From: Tolypothrix carrinoi HA7290-LM1
GTDB taxonomy: Bacteria > Cyanobacteriota > Cyanobacteriia > Cyanobacteriales > Nostocaceae
Assembly (NCBI GenBank): GCA_019358935.1
Contig: JAHHIK010000011.1
Span: forward strand, 32,001-96,000
Reading direction: 5' to 3'
Length of the DNA: 64,000 nt
Shown here: positions 50,772-61,460 of the stretch, one piece after another
Layout: each line of letters opens with the position of its first letter
How positions within the stretch are numbered: position 1 is the first letter of the stretch
The notes under the pieces: generated by a model
Databases searched by the model: none
What the model saw: the letters and a program-made list of their open reading frames with translations, nothing else
What the model was told of the DNA's origin: nothing
Position numbers and translations under genes: made by a program

Positions 50772-50972
50772 ATGAGTCAATCTTCTAATAAATTAAATCG
50801 TCGATTAACCCAAACTTGCGGCTTCCTTTTTGGAATTGCGATCGCCGTTTGGGTACTCAGAGGTTTTGGAATTCTCGGTTTTATGCCGGGAGGTGTAATT
50901 TGGCTGTTGTTTTTGGCGGCGACGATGACAGCGATTCTCAGTTACATGCAAAAAACTTGGTGGCGGTTTTAA
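50772..50972 (+). CDS. small two-TM membrane protein
   Basis: AVWVLRGFGILGFMPGG motif, hydrophobic. Confidence 0.65.
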   Translation: MSQSSNKLNRRLTQTCGFLFGIAIAVWVLRGFGILGFMPGGVIWLLFLAATMTAILSYMQKTWWRF

Positions 50973-51041
50973 AAGCGCAAAAACGCCCGTCCCCCCCGCA
51001 GGCTTTGTTTGTATAGCTTCACCCTTCTAGGGTGTAATATC

Positions 51042-51135
51042 ATGTCCGGTTAATTAACAGTAATAAAAACATCCTAACCCTCGTAGAGACGTTCCGGACC
51101 GAACGTCTCTACAATATATGTAATTTGCCGGACAT
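51042..51135. mobile_element. MITE-like element with ATGTCCGG terminal inverted repeats enclosing a REP hairpin
   Basis: ATGTCCGG...CCGGACAT; flanks shared with copies around 47992-48060 and 49179-49240. Confidence 0.65.
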
Positions 51136-51182
51136 AATATAAAATATCAGGGAATGCAGATGATTAAACAGGGGAGGCAAAC

Positions 51183-51344
51183 ATGGAACAGTATGTATGT
51201 AGCGTCTGCGCCTATGAATACGATCCCGAAGTAGGCGATCCAGATAGCGGAATTGAAGCAGGGACAGCTTTTGAAGATATACCAGATGATTGGGTGTGTC
51301 CGGTTTGCGGTGCAGGCAAAGAGGAATTTGAACCCGCAGAATAA
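51183..51344 (+). CDS. rubredoxin (53 aa, absent from ORF track)
   Basis: [61 protein letters not shown]. Confidence 0.97.
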   Translation: MEQYVCSVCAYEYDPEVGDPDSGIEAGTAFEDIPDDWVCPVCGAGKEEFEPAE

Positions 51345-51403
51345 TAAAAAAATAGCTAGTCTAGAATTAAGACGCTGTTATTTTATTAGGGAATTTAAGT
51401 CTG

Positions 51404-52627
51404 TTGCAATTGAAAGTTGTTGTAATTGGAGGTGGGGCAGCCGGATTTTTTAGCGCGATCGCTACCAAGAAAGCGAATCCGCACGCCCATGTTACTTTAA
51501 TTGAAGCCAGCCAAATCGTGTTGGCGAAAGTTCGCGTTTCTGGTGGGGGACGCTGTAATGTCACTCACGCTTGTTTTGACCCAGCCATTTTAGTGCAAAA
51601 TTATCCCAGAGGTGGAAAAGCCCTCCGGGGTGCTTTTTCTCGCTTTCAAACCAAAGATACGATAACTTGGTTTGCGATGCATAAAGTACCGCTGAAAACT
51701 GAAGCTGATGGACGAATGTTTCCGATTACGAATACTTCGGAAACGGTTGTCAACTGTTTGCTGAATACTGCTTTTGAAGCTGGGGTAGAAATTCGCACTT
51801 CTGCACCTGTTGTTGGTGTAAAACGACAAAATGAAGGCTTTGAAATTATTTTCAAGTCGGGAGAAACTATAAAGTGTGATCGCTTGCTCTTAGCAACGGG
51901 AAGCAACCCTGTAGGCTATAGAATAGCTAAAGAACTCGGTCATCAAATTGAGGCACCTGTTCCTTCTTTATTTACTTTCAATATTGGTGATGAAAAATTG
52001 CGCTCATTAGCTGGTGTTAGTGTAGAATCGGCACGTTTGCGCTTATTGTGCGGTGGAAAATCTCAATTAGAACAAACAGGACCTTTGCTAATTACTCATT
52101 GGGGTTTGAGTGGACCGGCGGTGTTGAAACTTTCGGCTTGGGGTGCGAGAGTACTGCGCGAAAGTCACTATCAAGCGACTTTGATGATAAATTGGTTGCC
52201 TGATTTGCAGCAAGATGAAGTGCGGCAAAAAATCTTAGCAGTTAAAAATGAATGGGGCAAGAAGGCGATCGCTTTACATCGCGGTGTTGATTTACCGCAT
52301 CGTTTGTGGCAATACATCATTGCCCGTTCAGATATTACTACAGAAGAACGTTGGGCAGAAATATCTAACAAAAAATTAAATAAACTTATTCAAGAACTGA
52401 CTCAGGGAGAATATTTAATCAACGGTAAAGGTGTTTTCAAAGAAGAATTTGTTACTTGTGGTGGTGTCAACTTAAAAGAAGTCAACTTTAAGACAATGGA
52501 AAGCCGCATAATTCCCGGACTTTATTTTGCTGGAGAAATCCTCGATATTGATGGAGTTACCGGCGGTTTTAACTTCCAAAGTGCTTGGACTACAGGACAT
52601 TTAGCCGGTTTAGCAATGGCAAGATAA
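51404..52627 (+). CDS. HI0933/YhiN (BaiN-like) flavoprotein
   Basis: GGGAAG, SGGGRCNVT, THWGLSGP, VTCGGV, GE.LD.DG.TGGFNFQSAW. Confidence 0.93.
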   Translation: MQLKVVVIGGGAAGFFSAIATKKANPHAHVTLIEASQIVLAKVRVSGGGRCNVTHACFDPAILVQNYPRGGKALRGAFSRFQTKDTITWFAMHKVPLKTEADGRMFPITNTSETVVNCLLNTAFEAGVEIRTSAPVVGVKRQNEGFEIIFKSGETIKCDRLLLATGSNPVGYRIAKELGHQIEAPVPSLFTFNIGDEKLRSLAGVSVESARLRLLCGGKSQLEQTGPLLITHWGLSGPAVLKLSAWGARVLRESHYQATLMINWLPDLQQDEVRQKILAVKNEWGKKAIALHRGVDLPHRLWQYIIARSDITTEERWAEISNKKLNKLIQELTQGEYLINGKGVFKEEFVTCGGVNLKEVNFKTMESRIIPGLYFAGEILDIDGVTGGFNFQSAWTTGHLAGLAMAR

Positions 52628-52671
52628 TATTAACAAAAGACTCGCATTTTAAATCGGTAAAAACTGTAGTT

Positions 52672-52743
52672 TAGAGACGTTCCACAACCGTCGTAGAGAC
52701 GTTCCACAACCGTCGTAGAGACGTTCCGGTGGAACGTCTCTAC
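52672..52743. repeat. tandemly amplified GTAG REP (two 22-nt half units + full palindrome)
   Basis: (gtagagacgttccacaaccgtc) units then gtagagacgttccggtggaacgtctctac. Confidence 0.85.
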
Positions 52744-52766
52744 ATCATATGTAATAAACCTATGAA

Positions 52767-52989
52767 CAGGGTGTGGGGGGTAGGGTGTAGGGTGTGGGGA
52801 ACCCCATAATTAAAATCAGGGGTTTCAAGCATGGACGCTGTATTTCTCGTACTACGTATCTCGAAATACATATTTTCTTTAATTCCATGTATAAATACAG
52901 GGGCTTGTATCATGAGTCTTTGGGGCTAGATTTAACCTGCAACCCCTACACCCCACACCCTTACACCCCGCCCCAAAGGGGCTTGGTCA
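52767..52989 (+). mobile_element. MITE-like element (GGGTGTA/TACACCC ends, GGGGCTTGGTCA terminus)
   Basis: Shares blocks with the reverse complement of 59864-60097. Confidence 0.65.
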
Positions 52990-53270
52990 TGATATTAGTT
53001 GTTGATGATGGTTCACTAGACTGAATTGCGATCAAAGATAAACGTGTCACTTTATTGCAACAATCTAATGCTGGAGTTGCAGCTGCTGTGTAAGTGTGCG
53101 ATGACGATCGCACACTCACAATAAGTGAATATATTGCCCCAATTGATGCTGATGACATTTGGTATCCGCAAAATCTAGAAAAACAAGTGCAATGTATGCT
53201 ATCGTCCGAACAATCACAAGGATTGACCTATGCACTTGTCAGCACACATTGATAAGGAAGGATTACTAAC
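52989..53270 (+). pseudogene. glycosyltransferase family 2 remnant
   Basis: ILVVDDGS, QSNAGVAAA, EYIAPIDADDIWYPQNLEKQV with stops and frameshifts. Confidence 0.8.
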
Positions 53271-53392
53271 TGGCAGATATGATTATTAAAGATTAACTCA
53301 AATTGCTAAAAATTATTATCAAACATATTAAAACTAGACAAGCTTTTTTGGTAATTAAGTGCTATTATATACCTAACATTTAATATAAACTA

Positions 53393-55183
53393 ATGAAAAG
53401 TACGGGAATAATTAAAAAACTATTTCCACTGCTAAACCTGTATCCGTGGGCAATTCCAGTAATTATCATCTTAGGAATTTTAACTTCTTTATCTGAAGGT
53501 TTGGGAATTAGTTTATTTATTCCATTTCTTCAAAGTTTAGAACCCGGAAACTCTCAATCGGCAAGTGGAACATTTTTAGGAACTATTTTAAATCGATTAT
53601 TTAGTGATATTCCCCCAAGTAACCGACTGCTAATTATTCCTTTATCTATTTTCGGGTGCGTTCTTCTAAAAAATTTACTTGCTTATAGCAGTTCGCTTCT
53701 TTCGGTTTGGCTTTATTGGCGTATTGGTTCTCAATTAGTATCTAAACTTTTTCAGCAGATATTAAGCGTCAGCTATAGTTTTTTAGACTCTAAGCAATCA
53801 GGTAAATTAGTCAATACACTGCATACGGAAAGTTGGCGTGCATGTGATGCGATATTAATTTTAATTAATATAATCATCAATTTATCTACAGTTCTTGTTT
53901 TTGTTGTCTTCTTAATGCTAACTTCTTGGCAACTGACTTTTTTAGTAGCTGTTGCTTTGTTAGGAATTTCACTAATAATTCAGCAAGTAACACGTAAAAC
54001 AAAGAAGCTAGGAAGACAAGCAGTACAGGCAAACGATCACCTTGCTAATCGGATGATCGAAGGGTTTTATGGAATGCGGGTAATTAGAGCTTTTGGTCAA
54101 GAAGCTTACGAATATAAGCGTTTTGAGAAGCTAACAAACGAGGTAAGTCTTGCCGCATTCAAACTGGCGAAACTCTACACCATCTCTGGACCACTTTCGG
54201 AAGTTTTATCGGTGGCTTTGTTGGTGTGTATTATGATTATCGCTTTGCAAAATAAAGCGAATCTACCGACTTTGCTAACCTTTATCTTTATGCTTTATCG
54301 CTTACAGCCATCGGTGAGGAAATTAGATAGCGATCGCGTAAATTTAATTGGCTTATTAGCATCAGTTGAAGATGTCGTATCTCTGTTAGAAATTCCCGAA
54401 CAGCAATTTATTCGTACAGGAAATGTTTATTGTCATGGTTTAAAGCGATCGCTCACATTTAAATCTGTTGGTTTCCGCTACAATCCCACAGACAAACCTG
54501 CACTAAACGGCGTTTCTTTTTCTATTAACAAAGGAAAAACTACAGCGATAGTTGGACCTTCAGGTGCGGGTAAATCGACGCTGATTGGTTTAATTTGCCG
54601 TTTTTATGACGTTACACAAGGAGAAATTTACGTTGACGATCATCCTCTACGAGAATTAGATTTAGCCTCTTGGCGAAATCACATTGCGATTGTCAGCCAA
54701 GACATTTATATTTTTAATACCACAGTGCGGGACAACATAGCTTACGGTCGTTTAGATGCTACAGAAGCGGAAATTATCAACGCGGCTAAACAAGCAAACG
54801 CTCATGAGTTTATCAATAAATTACCCGAAGGCTATGATACCATATTGGGCGATCGCGGCGTTCGTCTTTCCGGCGGACAAAGACAGCGCATAGCTTTAGC
54901 GCGTGCTATTATCCGCGATCCGCAAATATTTATTCTCGACGAAGCAACTAACGCACTCGATAGCGTTTCTGAAAACATAATTCAAGAGGCAATTAATACA
55001 TTTGGTCAAAATCGCACAGTAATTATTATCGCCCATCGTTTATCCACAATTGAACAAGCAGATAAAATCCTTGTATTACAAGAAGGACGAGTTGTAGAAC
55101 AAGGAAATTTTCCGCAATTGTTACAAATGAACGGGTTATTTTCCCAGCTTTATCACTTACAATACGGTGGAGTTGAAAACTGA
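53393..55183 (+). CDS. ABC transporter, fused permease/ATPase (HepA/MsbA-like exporter)
   Basis: Six TM segments, GPSGAGKS, LSGGQRQR, ILDEAT, IAHRLST. Confidence 0.95.
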   Translation: MKSTGIIKKLFPLLNLYPWAIPVIIILGILTSLSEGLGISLFIPFLQSLEPGNSQSASGTFLGTILNRLFSDIPPSNRLLIIPLSIFGCVLLKNLLAYSSSLLSVWLYWRIGSQLVSKLFQQILSVSYSFLDSKQSGKLVNTLHTESWRACDAILILINIIINLSTVLVFVVFLMLTSWQLTFLVAVALLGISLIIQQVTRKTKKLGRQAVQANDHLANRMIEGFYGMRVIRAFGQEAYEYKRFEKLTNEVSLAAFKLAKLYTISGPLSEVLSVALLVCIMIIALQNKANLPTLLTFIFMLYRLQPSVRKLDSDRVNLIGLLASVEDVVSLLEIPEQQFIRTGNVYCHGLKRSLTFKSVGFRYNPTDKPALNGVSFSINKGKTTAIVGPSGAGKSTLIGLICRFYDVTQGEIYVDDHPLRELDLASWRNHIAIVSQDIYIFNTTVRDNIAYGRLDATEAEIINAAKQANAHEFINKLPEGYDTILGDRGVRLSGGQRQRIALARAIIRDPQIFILDEATNALDSVSENIIQEAINTFGQNRTVIIIAHRLSTIEQADKILVLQEGRVVEQGNFPQLLQMNGLFSQLYHLQYGGVEN

Positions 55184-55238
55184 CATTTTCAGTTTTATTT
55201 ACTCTTAAAGAAAGAATAAATAACTCTTAACTAAATAG

Positions 55239-55997
55239 ATGAAAGACACTCTAAAATCAATTGCCAAACGCACATTACCTGCTTATCTTCACCGTTGGAT
55301 AGGAATACAATTAAAGGGTGACAGATATATCCCACCGGTGGGTGCAGTAGACTTTGGTAGTCTGCGAAGAGTAACGCCAATCAGCCGACAATTTGGCTAT
55401 GACCGAGGTTTACCGGTTGACCGTTACTATATAGAAAAGTTTCTCGCCAAAAATGCGGCTGATGTCAAAGGACGTGTATTAGAAATTGGTGACAATTCAT
55501 ACACGCGCCAATTTGGAGGTAATAACGTCACTCAAAGCGATGTGCTTCATATAGTTGAAGGTAATCCACAAGCAACCATCGTTGGCGATTTAACCAACGC
55601 CGAACACATACCTTCAGATATCTTTGACTGCTTTATTCTGACGCAAACATTGCAATGTATTTACGATACGCGGGCAGCACTCAAGACAATATACCGTATT
55701 CTCAAACCAGGTGGAGTTGTACTAGCTACATTTTCGGGTATTAGTTTGACACCTGCCGATGAATGGGGAGATTACTGGTGTTGGAATTTTACCAGCCAAT
55801 CAGGAAAACGGCTGTTTGCAGAGTTCTTCTCAGAAGCAAATATTCAGCTAGAGAGTTACGGAAATGTGTTAGCAGCGATCGCCTTTTTGCAAGGTTTAGC
55901 CACCGAAGAACTGCATTCATCAGAATTAGATCACCGCGATCGTCCATATGAACTACTAATAACTGTCCGCGCTGTCAAACCAAAGGAAATATTATGA
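55239..55997 (+). CDS. class I SAM-dependent methyltransferase
   Basis: GRVLEIG, FDCFI..TL, RILKPGG. Confidence 0.85.
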   Translation: MKDTLKSIAKRTLPAYLHRWIGIQLKGDRYIPPVGAVDFGSLRRVTPISRQFGYDRGLPVDRYYIEKFLAKNAADVKGRVLEIGDNSYTRQFGGNNVTQSDVLHIVEGNPQATIVGDLTNAEHIPSDIFDCFILTQTLQCIYDTRAALKTIYRILKPGGVVLATFSGISLTPADEWGDYWCWNFTSQSGKRLFAEFFSEANIQLESYGNVLAAIAFLQGLATEELHSSELDHRDRPYELLITVRAVKPKEIL

Positions 55998-57010
55998 GGA
56001 TACCTGGAAGCGGCAAATTAAAGCGAATAGCAAGACGAGTGCGAAACCGCATCGCACCAGGAGGATTGATTCTCATGTACCATCGCGTAACTGAAATTGA
56101 ATCCGATCCTTGGAAATTGTGCGTTAGTCCAGCTTATTTTGCCGAACATTTGCAAGTATTACAAAAACTCGGTTGTGCCGTGCGCTTACAACAATTAAAC
56201 CAAACTTTGAAAAATGGTAAGCGTCCCCATCGTCAAGTAGTCATCACCTTTGATGATGGTTACACCGATAATTTGTATAACGCAAAACCTTTATTAGAAC
56301 AGTATGAAATTCCCGCTACCATCTTTTTGACAACAGGATACATGCAACAAAAGCGTGAATTTTGGTCGGATGAACTGGAGAGGATATTGCTACAACCAGG
56401 GATTTTACCAGAAGTTTTGTCTTTAAATATTAACGGCACTAGCTACGAATGGAAGTTAGACGCAACAGCTAATGATAGCGATAAATCAAACAACTTGGAT
56501 CTTAAACATGCGAACGAACGTTATTCTCTTTACTACTCGCTTTATGAATTACTTTACCCCTTATCCGCAATAGAGCGATCGCATCTTTTAGATCAACTAC
56601 TTTTATGGGCAAACAAAAAGCCAGAATTACGTTTAACTCACCGGATGATGACAATGAAGGAATTATCTAGTTTACAACCAGGAAACATCATCGAAATTGG
56701 CGGTCATACAGTCACACATCCATTTCTTGCCACAATTTCCCCAGAACAACAGCTTCATGAAATTCAAGAAAATAAAATCCAACTAGAAGAGATTTTCGGA
56801 CATCCAATCGAAAGTTTTGCCTATCCCCACGGAAATTATAACAGCGAAACTAGCGAAATAGTCCGCCAAGCCGGATTTACCTGCGCTTGTACTACCAATG
56901 CAAACATTGTCGGCAAAAATAGCGATCGCTTTCAACTACCTCGCTTTGCTGTCGAAAATTGGAATGGAGAAGAATTTGCCAAACAATTATCAAAATGGTT
57001 CCTTAACTAA
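55994..57010 (+). CDS. polysaccharide deacetylase
   Basis: LMYHRV, TFDDGY, GGHTVTHP, FAYPHG. Confidence 0.93.
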   Translation: MRIPGSGKLKRIARRVRNRIAPGGLILMYHRVTEIESDPWKLCVSPAYFAEHLQVLQKLGCAVRLQQLNQTLKNGKRPHRQVVITFDDGYTDNLYNAKPLLEQYEIPATIFLTTGYMQQKREFWSDELERILLQPGILPEVLSLNINGTSYEWKLDATANDSDKSNNLDLKHANERYSLYYSLYELLYPLSAIERSHLLDQLLLWANKKPELRLTHRMMTMKELSSLQPGNIIEIGGHTVTHPFLATISPEQQLHEIQENKIQLEEIFGHPIESFAYPHGNYNSETSEIVRQAGFTCACTTNANIVGKNSDRFQLPRFAVENWNGEEFAKQLSKWFLN

Positions 57011-57160
57011 GAATAAAGGATGGGAAAAAGACCTTTAAACAAGAAATATTTTGAGCAACTAAATACAAACACTCTGCGTTACTCTGCGCTAACCTCAGCG
57101 TTCCTTTGCGTTTAAACTCTTTATTCCCCCTTCTTCCTAAATATTATTCAAAAAAACGCC

Positions 57161-58081
57161 ATGAGTAGCAAACCATTAATTTCTGCTATAATTATTTTCT
57201 TAAACGCTGAAAAGTTCATCTCTGAAGCGATCGCCAGCGTATTTGCCCAAACTTATGATAACTGGGAACTATTATTAGTAGATGACGGTTCCACCGATAA
57301 TAGCACTGCGATCGCTCAAAAATATGCAGAGAAATATCCAGAAAAAGTCCGCTATTTAGAACACCCAAACCACCAAAATCTGGCACAGAGTGTTTCCCGC
57401 AACCTGGGTATCAGCAAAGCTAAAGGAGAGTATATCGCCTTTTTAGACGCTGATGATATCTGGCTTGCGCCAAAACTAGAAAAGCAGCTAGCAATTTTGC
57501 AATCATACCCCGAAGCAGGGATGGTTTACGGAGCAACGCAGATGTGGTTTAGCTGGACTGGTAAGCCAGAAGATATGACACGCGATCGCTACCGCAAACT
57601 TGGCGTCAAACCCGATACATTGATTCAACCACCAAATCTGCTTCCGCTGTTTTTACGCGCAAAAGCAGAAACACCCGGTACTTGTGGAGTTCTGATTAAA
57701 CGCGAAGTCATAGAAGCTGTTGGTGGACATGAAGAAAGCTTTGGCAGCATGTACGAAGACCAAGCTTTCTTCGCGAAAATTTGCTTGAAATACCCTGTAT
57801 TTATCGAGAGTGGCTGTTGGGATAAATATCGACAACACCCTGATTCTACTTGTTACGTAGCCGAGCGAACAGGAGAATATCATATCACAGACATCACTCC
57901 TAGCTACGCGACTTACTTAAATTGGCTGGAGGAATATTTGGTAAAAGAAAAGCTCGTAAATACCGAAGTCTGGCAAGCTTTACAAAGAGTATTATTTTTC
58001 GTGCGCCATCCTTCAATTTATCACTATTATCGACGTCTCCGGCGCGTTATCTGGAAATTCAAGGCACTACTCAAGAAGTAA
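57161..58081 (+). CDS. glycosyltransferase family 2
   Basis: VDDGSTD, SRNLG, AFLDADD, ED motifs. Confidence 0.93.
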   Translation: MSSKPLISAIIIFLNAEKFISEAIASVFAQTYDNWELLLVDDGSTDNSTAIAQKYAEKYPEKVRYLEHPNHQNLAQSVSRNLGISKAKGEYIAFLDADDIWLAPKLEKQLAILQSYPEAGMVYGATQMWFSWTGKPEDMTRDRYRKLGVKPDTLIQPPNLLPLFLRAKAETPGTCGVLIKREVIEAVGGHEESFGSMYEDQAFFAKICLKYPVFIESGCWDKYRQHPDSTCYVAERTGEYHITDITPSYATYLNWLEEYLVKEKLVNTEVWQALQRVLFFVRHPSIYHYYRRLRRVIWKFKALLKK

Positions 58082-58281
58082 TTTGGGGAAGAATGGGAAA
58101 AAACAGACGTTGCATAACTTTCAGCAGCGCCGAAAAATTTCAACTAATGCAAAGCTGTACTTATACCATTTTACTAAAAGTCTGATATAAATCATTCTCT
58201 TTTCCCCTGCAAGAATGCAAGATGTGTCCCCTGCGGTCTATTTGTATCAACCTTAAAGTGAAACGGTATTAGCCTCGTATC

Positions 58282-59862
58282 ATGAGAATGCGTATTTCCC
58301 AAATTAATAAATCTTATCTGCTGATAGCTATTCTATTAGCTGCTGCAATCCTGCGCTTCGATGGGATAAACCAACCATTCATTGATCTGACCACTTGGCG
58401 AGAGTCGGACACAGCAACGATAGCAGACAACTTTTACCGTGGAAATTGGAATATTTTATATCCAGAAATTAGCTGGAATGGTCCGGGACAAAACTACGTT
58501 GGGTACGAATTTCAAACGTTGACCTATATTACAGCAATGTTATATCGCCTTTTTGGTCAGCATGACTGGGTTGGGCGCAGTGTAACAGCGTTGTTTGGCT
58601 TATGGAGCATTTTTGCATTCTATCAACTGGTTCGTCGTGTCTGGGATGAAAAACATGCTCTTGCCAGCGCCACATTCCTGGCAATTTTACCAGGGAGTAT
58701 CTACATCGATCGCTCTTTTGTTCCAGATCCCGTGATGGTTTCGCTGGTAGTAACCAGCTTCTGGTTGCTGGTCGCCTACTTACAAACCGAACGCCTATAT
58801 TATTTATTATTAGCAACCCTGATTGGGATGTTGGGTTTCTTAACTAAAATTACTGGTATTTTCGTCGGAATTCCGATGCTAATTGCAATTATAACAATCC
58901 TGGCTCGCAAGCGAATGCTACGCTCAAAGCAGCTATCCCTCATTTGCGTTGCAACCATTGTAATGTTTGTACCAGTGATTGCATACTATTTGTGGGCACA
59001 TTACATTTCTTTCAATTACCCACCTTATCACATTGCCGCTTCCGGAAATTGGCTTTGGAGCCAGGGGTTAAGCAAATGGTTGCAAGAAAAATATTTCCTT
59101 GAAAAACTGTTTTGGATTTTGAGGGACTTCTGGACAAAACCTGCAATCATTCTTGTTTTTGTTGGTTTGTTGCTTCGTCCGGACCTATACAATCGTGATG
59201 ACAATAAAGCACCGTGGCTGTTCCATTGGTGGATCGTTGCTATAGTTATTTATTATCTCATTGGAGCCAAACAGCTTGTTGATAACCCCACAAATTTAAA
59301 TATTATTAACCCGGCTGCCGCAGCATTAGCAGGACATGCCGTGATTGCGATCGCATTATGGTGCAAACGCAGAGTGGGATATCCTGCTACAGTGGCGTTT
59401 ATGGCAGCAATAATCTTGTTTATCGGTGGATTTGGATATCAGGATTTGAAGGGTATATACTACCAGCCCACGGCTGAAAAAGACTACAAACTAGGACTTG
59501 CACTGCGATCGCTAAGTCAACCAAGCGATTTAGTCGTCACTATAGCCCATAATATTGGCAATCCGGTTGCTATCTACTACAGCCAACGACGTGGCTGGGT
59601 ATTTCCACCTGCTTGGAAAGGGGTCGTATGGTGGGCAGATGATGACATGAAAAATAATAGCAAGACAATTCGACTATTAGAAGAACTTCGCGCTAAAGGT
59701 GCAGACTGGCTTGGCATTGTTAATGACCAAAAAATTCAGCTTTCAAAAGATAATCCTAAATTCTTTAAGTATATACAGCGAACATTTGAAGTTAATCAAG
59801 AAAGCCCAGATTACGTTATTTATCGAATTTCTTTAGATAAGAGACTGCCTTCTAAGACCTGA
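58282..59862 (+). CDS. ArnT/GT39-like multi-TM glycosyltransferase
   Basis: WRESDT..IA.NF motif, many TM helices, periplasmic C-terminal domain. Confidence 0.82.
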   Translation: MRMRISQINKSYLLIAILLAAAILRFDGINQPFIDLTTWRESDTATIADNFYRGNWNILYPEISWNGPGQNYVGYEFQTLTYITAMLYRLFGQHDWVGRSVTALFGLWSIFAFYQLVRRVWDEKHALASATFLAILPGSIYIDRSFVPDPVMVSLVVTSFWLLVAYLQTERLYYLLLATLIGMLGFLTKITGIFVGIPMLIAIITILARKRMLRSKQLSLICVATIVMFVPVIAYYLWAHYISFNYPPYHIAASGNWLWSQGLSKWLQEKYFLEKLFWILRDFWTKPAIILVFVGLLLRPDLYNRDDNKAPWLFHWWIVAIVIYYLIGAKQLVDNPTNLNIINPAAAALAGHAVIAIALWCKRRVGYPATVAFMAAIILFIGGFGYQDLKGIYYQPTAEKDYKLGLALRSLSQPSDLVVTIAHNIGNPVAIYYSQRRGWVFPPAWKGVVWWADDDMKNNSKTIRLLEELRAKGADWLGIVNDQKIQLSKDNPKFFKYIQRTFEVNQESPDYVIYRISLDKRLPSKT

Positions 59863-59863
59863 G

Positions 59864-60097
59864 TTGACCAAGCCCCGAGTCTCGCGGGGTGTGGGGGAGC
59901 CACTGCGGTGGACGGGTTTCCACAGCAGTAAGCAAGTGGCGTTGTGGGGTTGCAGGTTTCGGGGAAGAAACAGCCCCAACAACCGCCGATCGCGATACAA
60001 GCCCCGTAATTTCTGCGACGATTGCACCATGCAAAGTCCAAGCGAAGTCCAATGCCGTCTTCCCCCTACACCCTACCCCCTACCCCCTACACCCTTC
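59864..60097 (-). mobile_element. MITE-like element related to 52767-52989 (inverted), with a nested small repeat
   Basis: Reverse complement shares GGGTGTAGGG, GGGGCTTGTATC, AACCTGCAACCCC, GGGGCTTGGTCA. Confidence 0.65.
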
Positions 60098-60209
60098 TTC
60101 GTGACCTAAGTATAGTACGATCGCATGGCAACCTTCATCTACAGAAAACAATCATTACTACGAGAGCGATAATTATCTAGCCCTTGTAAATGGCTTCTGA
60201 ACAAACAAC

Positions 60210-61253
60210 ATGAAATTTAGCGAAATCGTTGAAAAACTCAAAGGCAGTGCCACCGCGAACAGCCTCACACCTAATAAAGACGAAGATATCGAAATTACAG
60301 GAGTAGCAGCGGTTGATGAAGCGATCGCAGGTCATCTCAGCTACATAGAGGGACCCAAATTTGCCTCTTTTGTCGGCAAGACCAATGCTAGTGCTTTAAT
60401 TTTACCACAAGACGAAACATTACAAAAGCTTGCATCAGAACGCGGTATCGCTTGGATAGCCACGCGAGATCCGCGCTTGATGTTTGCTGCATCGATCGCA
60501 CTTTTTTATCAACCATACCGCCCAACTCCAGAAATACATCCTACCGCCGTAATTCACCCGACAGCAAAAATTGGCACTGATGTTTACATTGGTCCTCATG
60601 CAGTGATTCAGCAAGAAGCAGAAATCGGCAATCAAGTCTGCATTCATCCGAATGCAGTAGTTTATCCAAATGTGAAAATAGGCGATCGCACAATTTTACA
60701 CGCTAATTGTACCATCCACGAACGCGCCCACATTGGCGCAGATTGCGTCATTCACAGTGGTGCTGTCATCGGTTCTGAAGGCTTTGGCTTTGTTCCCATT
60801 GCCACCGGTTGGTTCAAAATGGAACAATCCGGTTATACTGTCTTAGAAGATGGCGTAGAAATTGGCTGCAACAGCGCCATAGACCGCCCATCCGTCGGTG
60901 AAACCCGCATAGGACGCAGTACAAAAATTGACAACTTAGTGCAAATAGGACACGGTTGCCAAATAGGTGCATACTGTGCTATAGCCGGACAATCTGGCAT
61001 GGCAGGAGGCGTAAAAATTGGCAATCGGGTTATATTGGCTGGACAATCAGGAATAGCCAATCAAGCGAAAATGGGTGATGGTGCGATCGCTACAGCGCAA
61101 GCGGGAATTCTTAGCGATGTTCCCCCAGGAGAAATTGTTTCTGGAACACCTGCAATGCCTCACAAAATCTTTTTGAGAGTAGCAGCGATTTATAGCCGCT
61201 TACCACAAATGTATCAAACATTGAAACAATTGCAGCGTTTAGGGGAAAAGTAA
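60210..61253 (+). CDS. lpxD: UDP-3-O-(3-hydroxyacyl)glucosamine N-acyltransferase
   Basis: Hexapeptide repeats, GSEGFGF, IDR, KIDNLVQIGH. Confidence 0.96.
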   Translation: MKFSEIVEKLKGSATANSLTPNKDEDIEITGVAAVDEAIAGHLSYIEGPKFASFVGKTNASALILPQDETLQKLASERGIAWIATRDPRLMFAASIALFYQPYRPTPEIHPTAVIHPTAKIGTDVYIGPHAVIQQEAEIGNQVCIHPNAVVYPNVKIGDRTILHANCTIHERAHIGADCVIHSGAVIGSEGFGFVPIATGWFKMEQSGYTVLEDGVEIGCNSAIDRPSVGETRIGRSTKIDNLVQIGHGCQIGAYCAIAGQSGMAGGVKIGNRVILAGQSGIANQAKMGDGAIATAQAGILSDVPPGEIVSGTPAMPHKIFLRVAAIYSRLPQMYQTLKQLQRLGEK

Positions 61254-61460
61254 GTCCTAACTTATTTCTGGGAAGCACTACAAAAGTGGTAGGGTTTCCC
61301 TCACTAATCAAACTTTGATTTGATTTTAATATAAACTCAAAGGCGATAAAGAAAGCGCCTAATAAAAACAAAATACAAGCTGCGCCTTGTGTTTTTTGCT
61401 AAAGCTTGACTGAACTTTTACTTCAATCACAACACTGATTTAATGGAGGTTAATTAAGTT

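Noticed and set aside
52672..52743. Possible CRISPR array
   Set aside because: Direct tandem 22-nt units with no unique spacers and no cas genes
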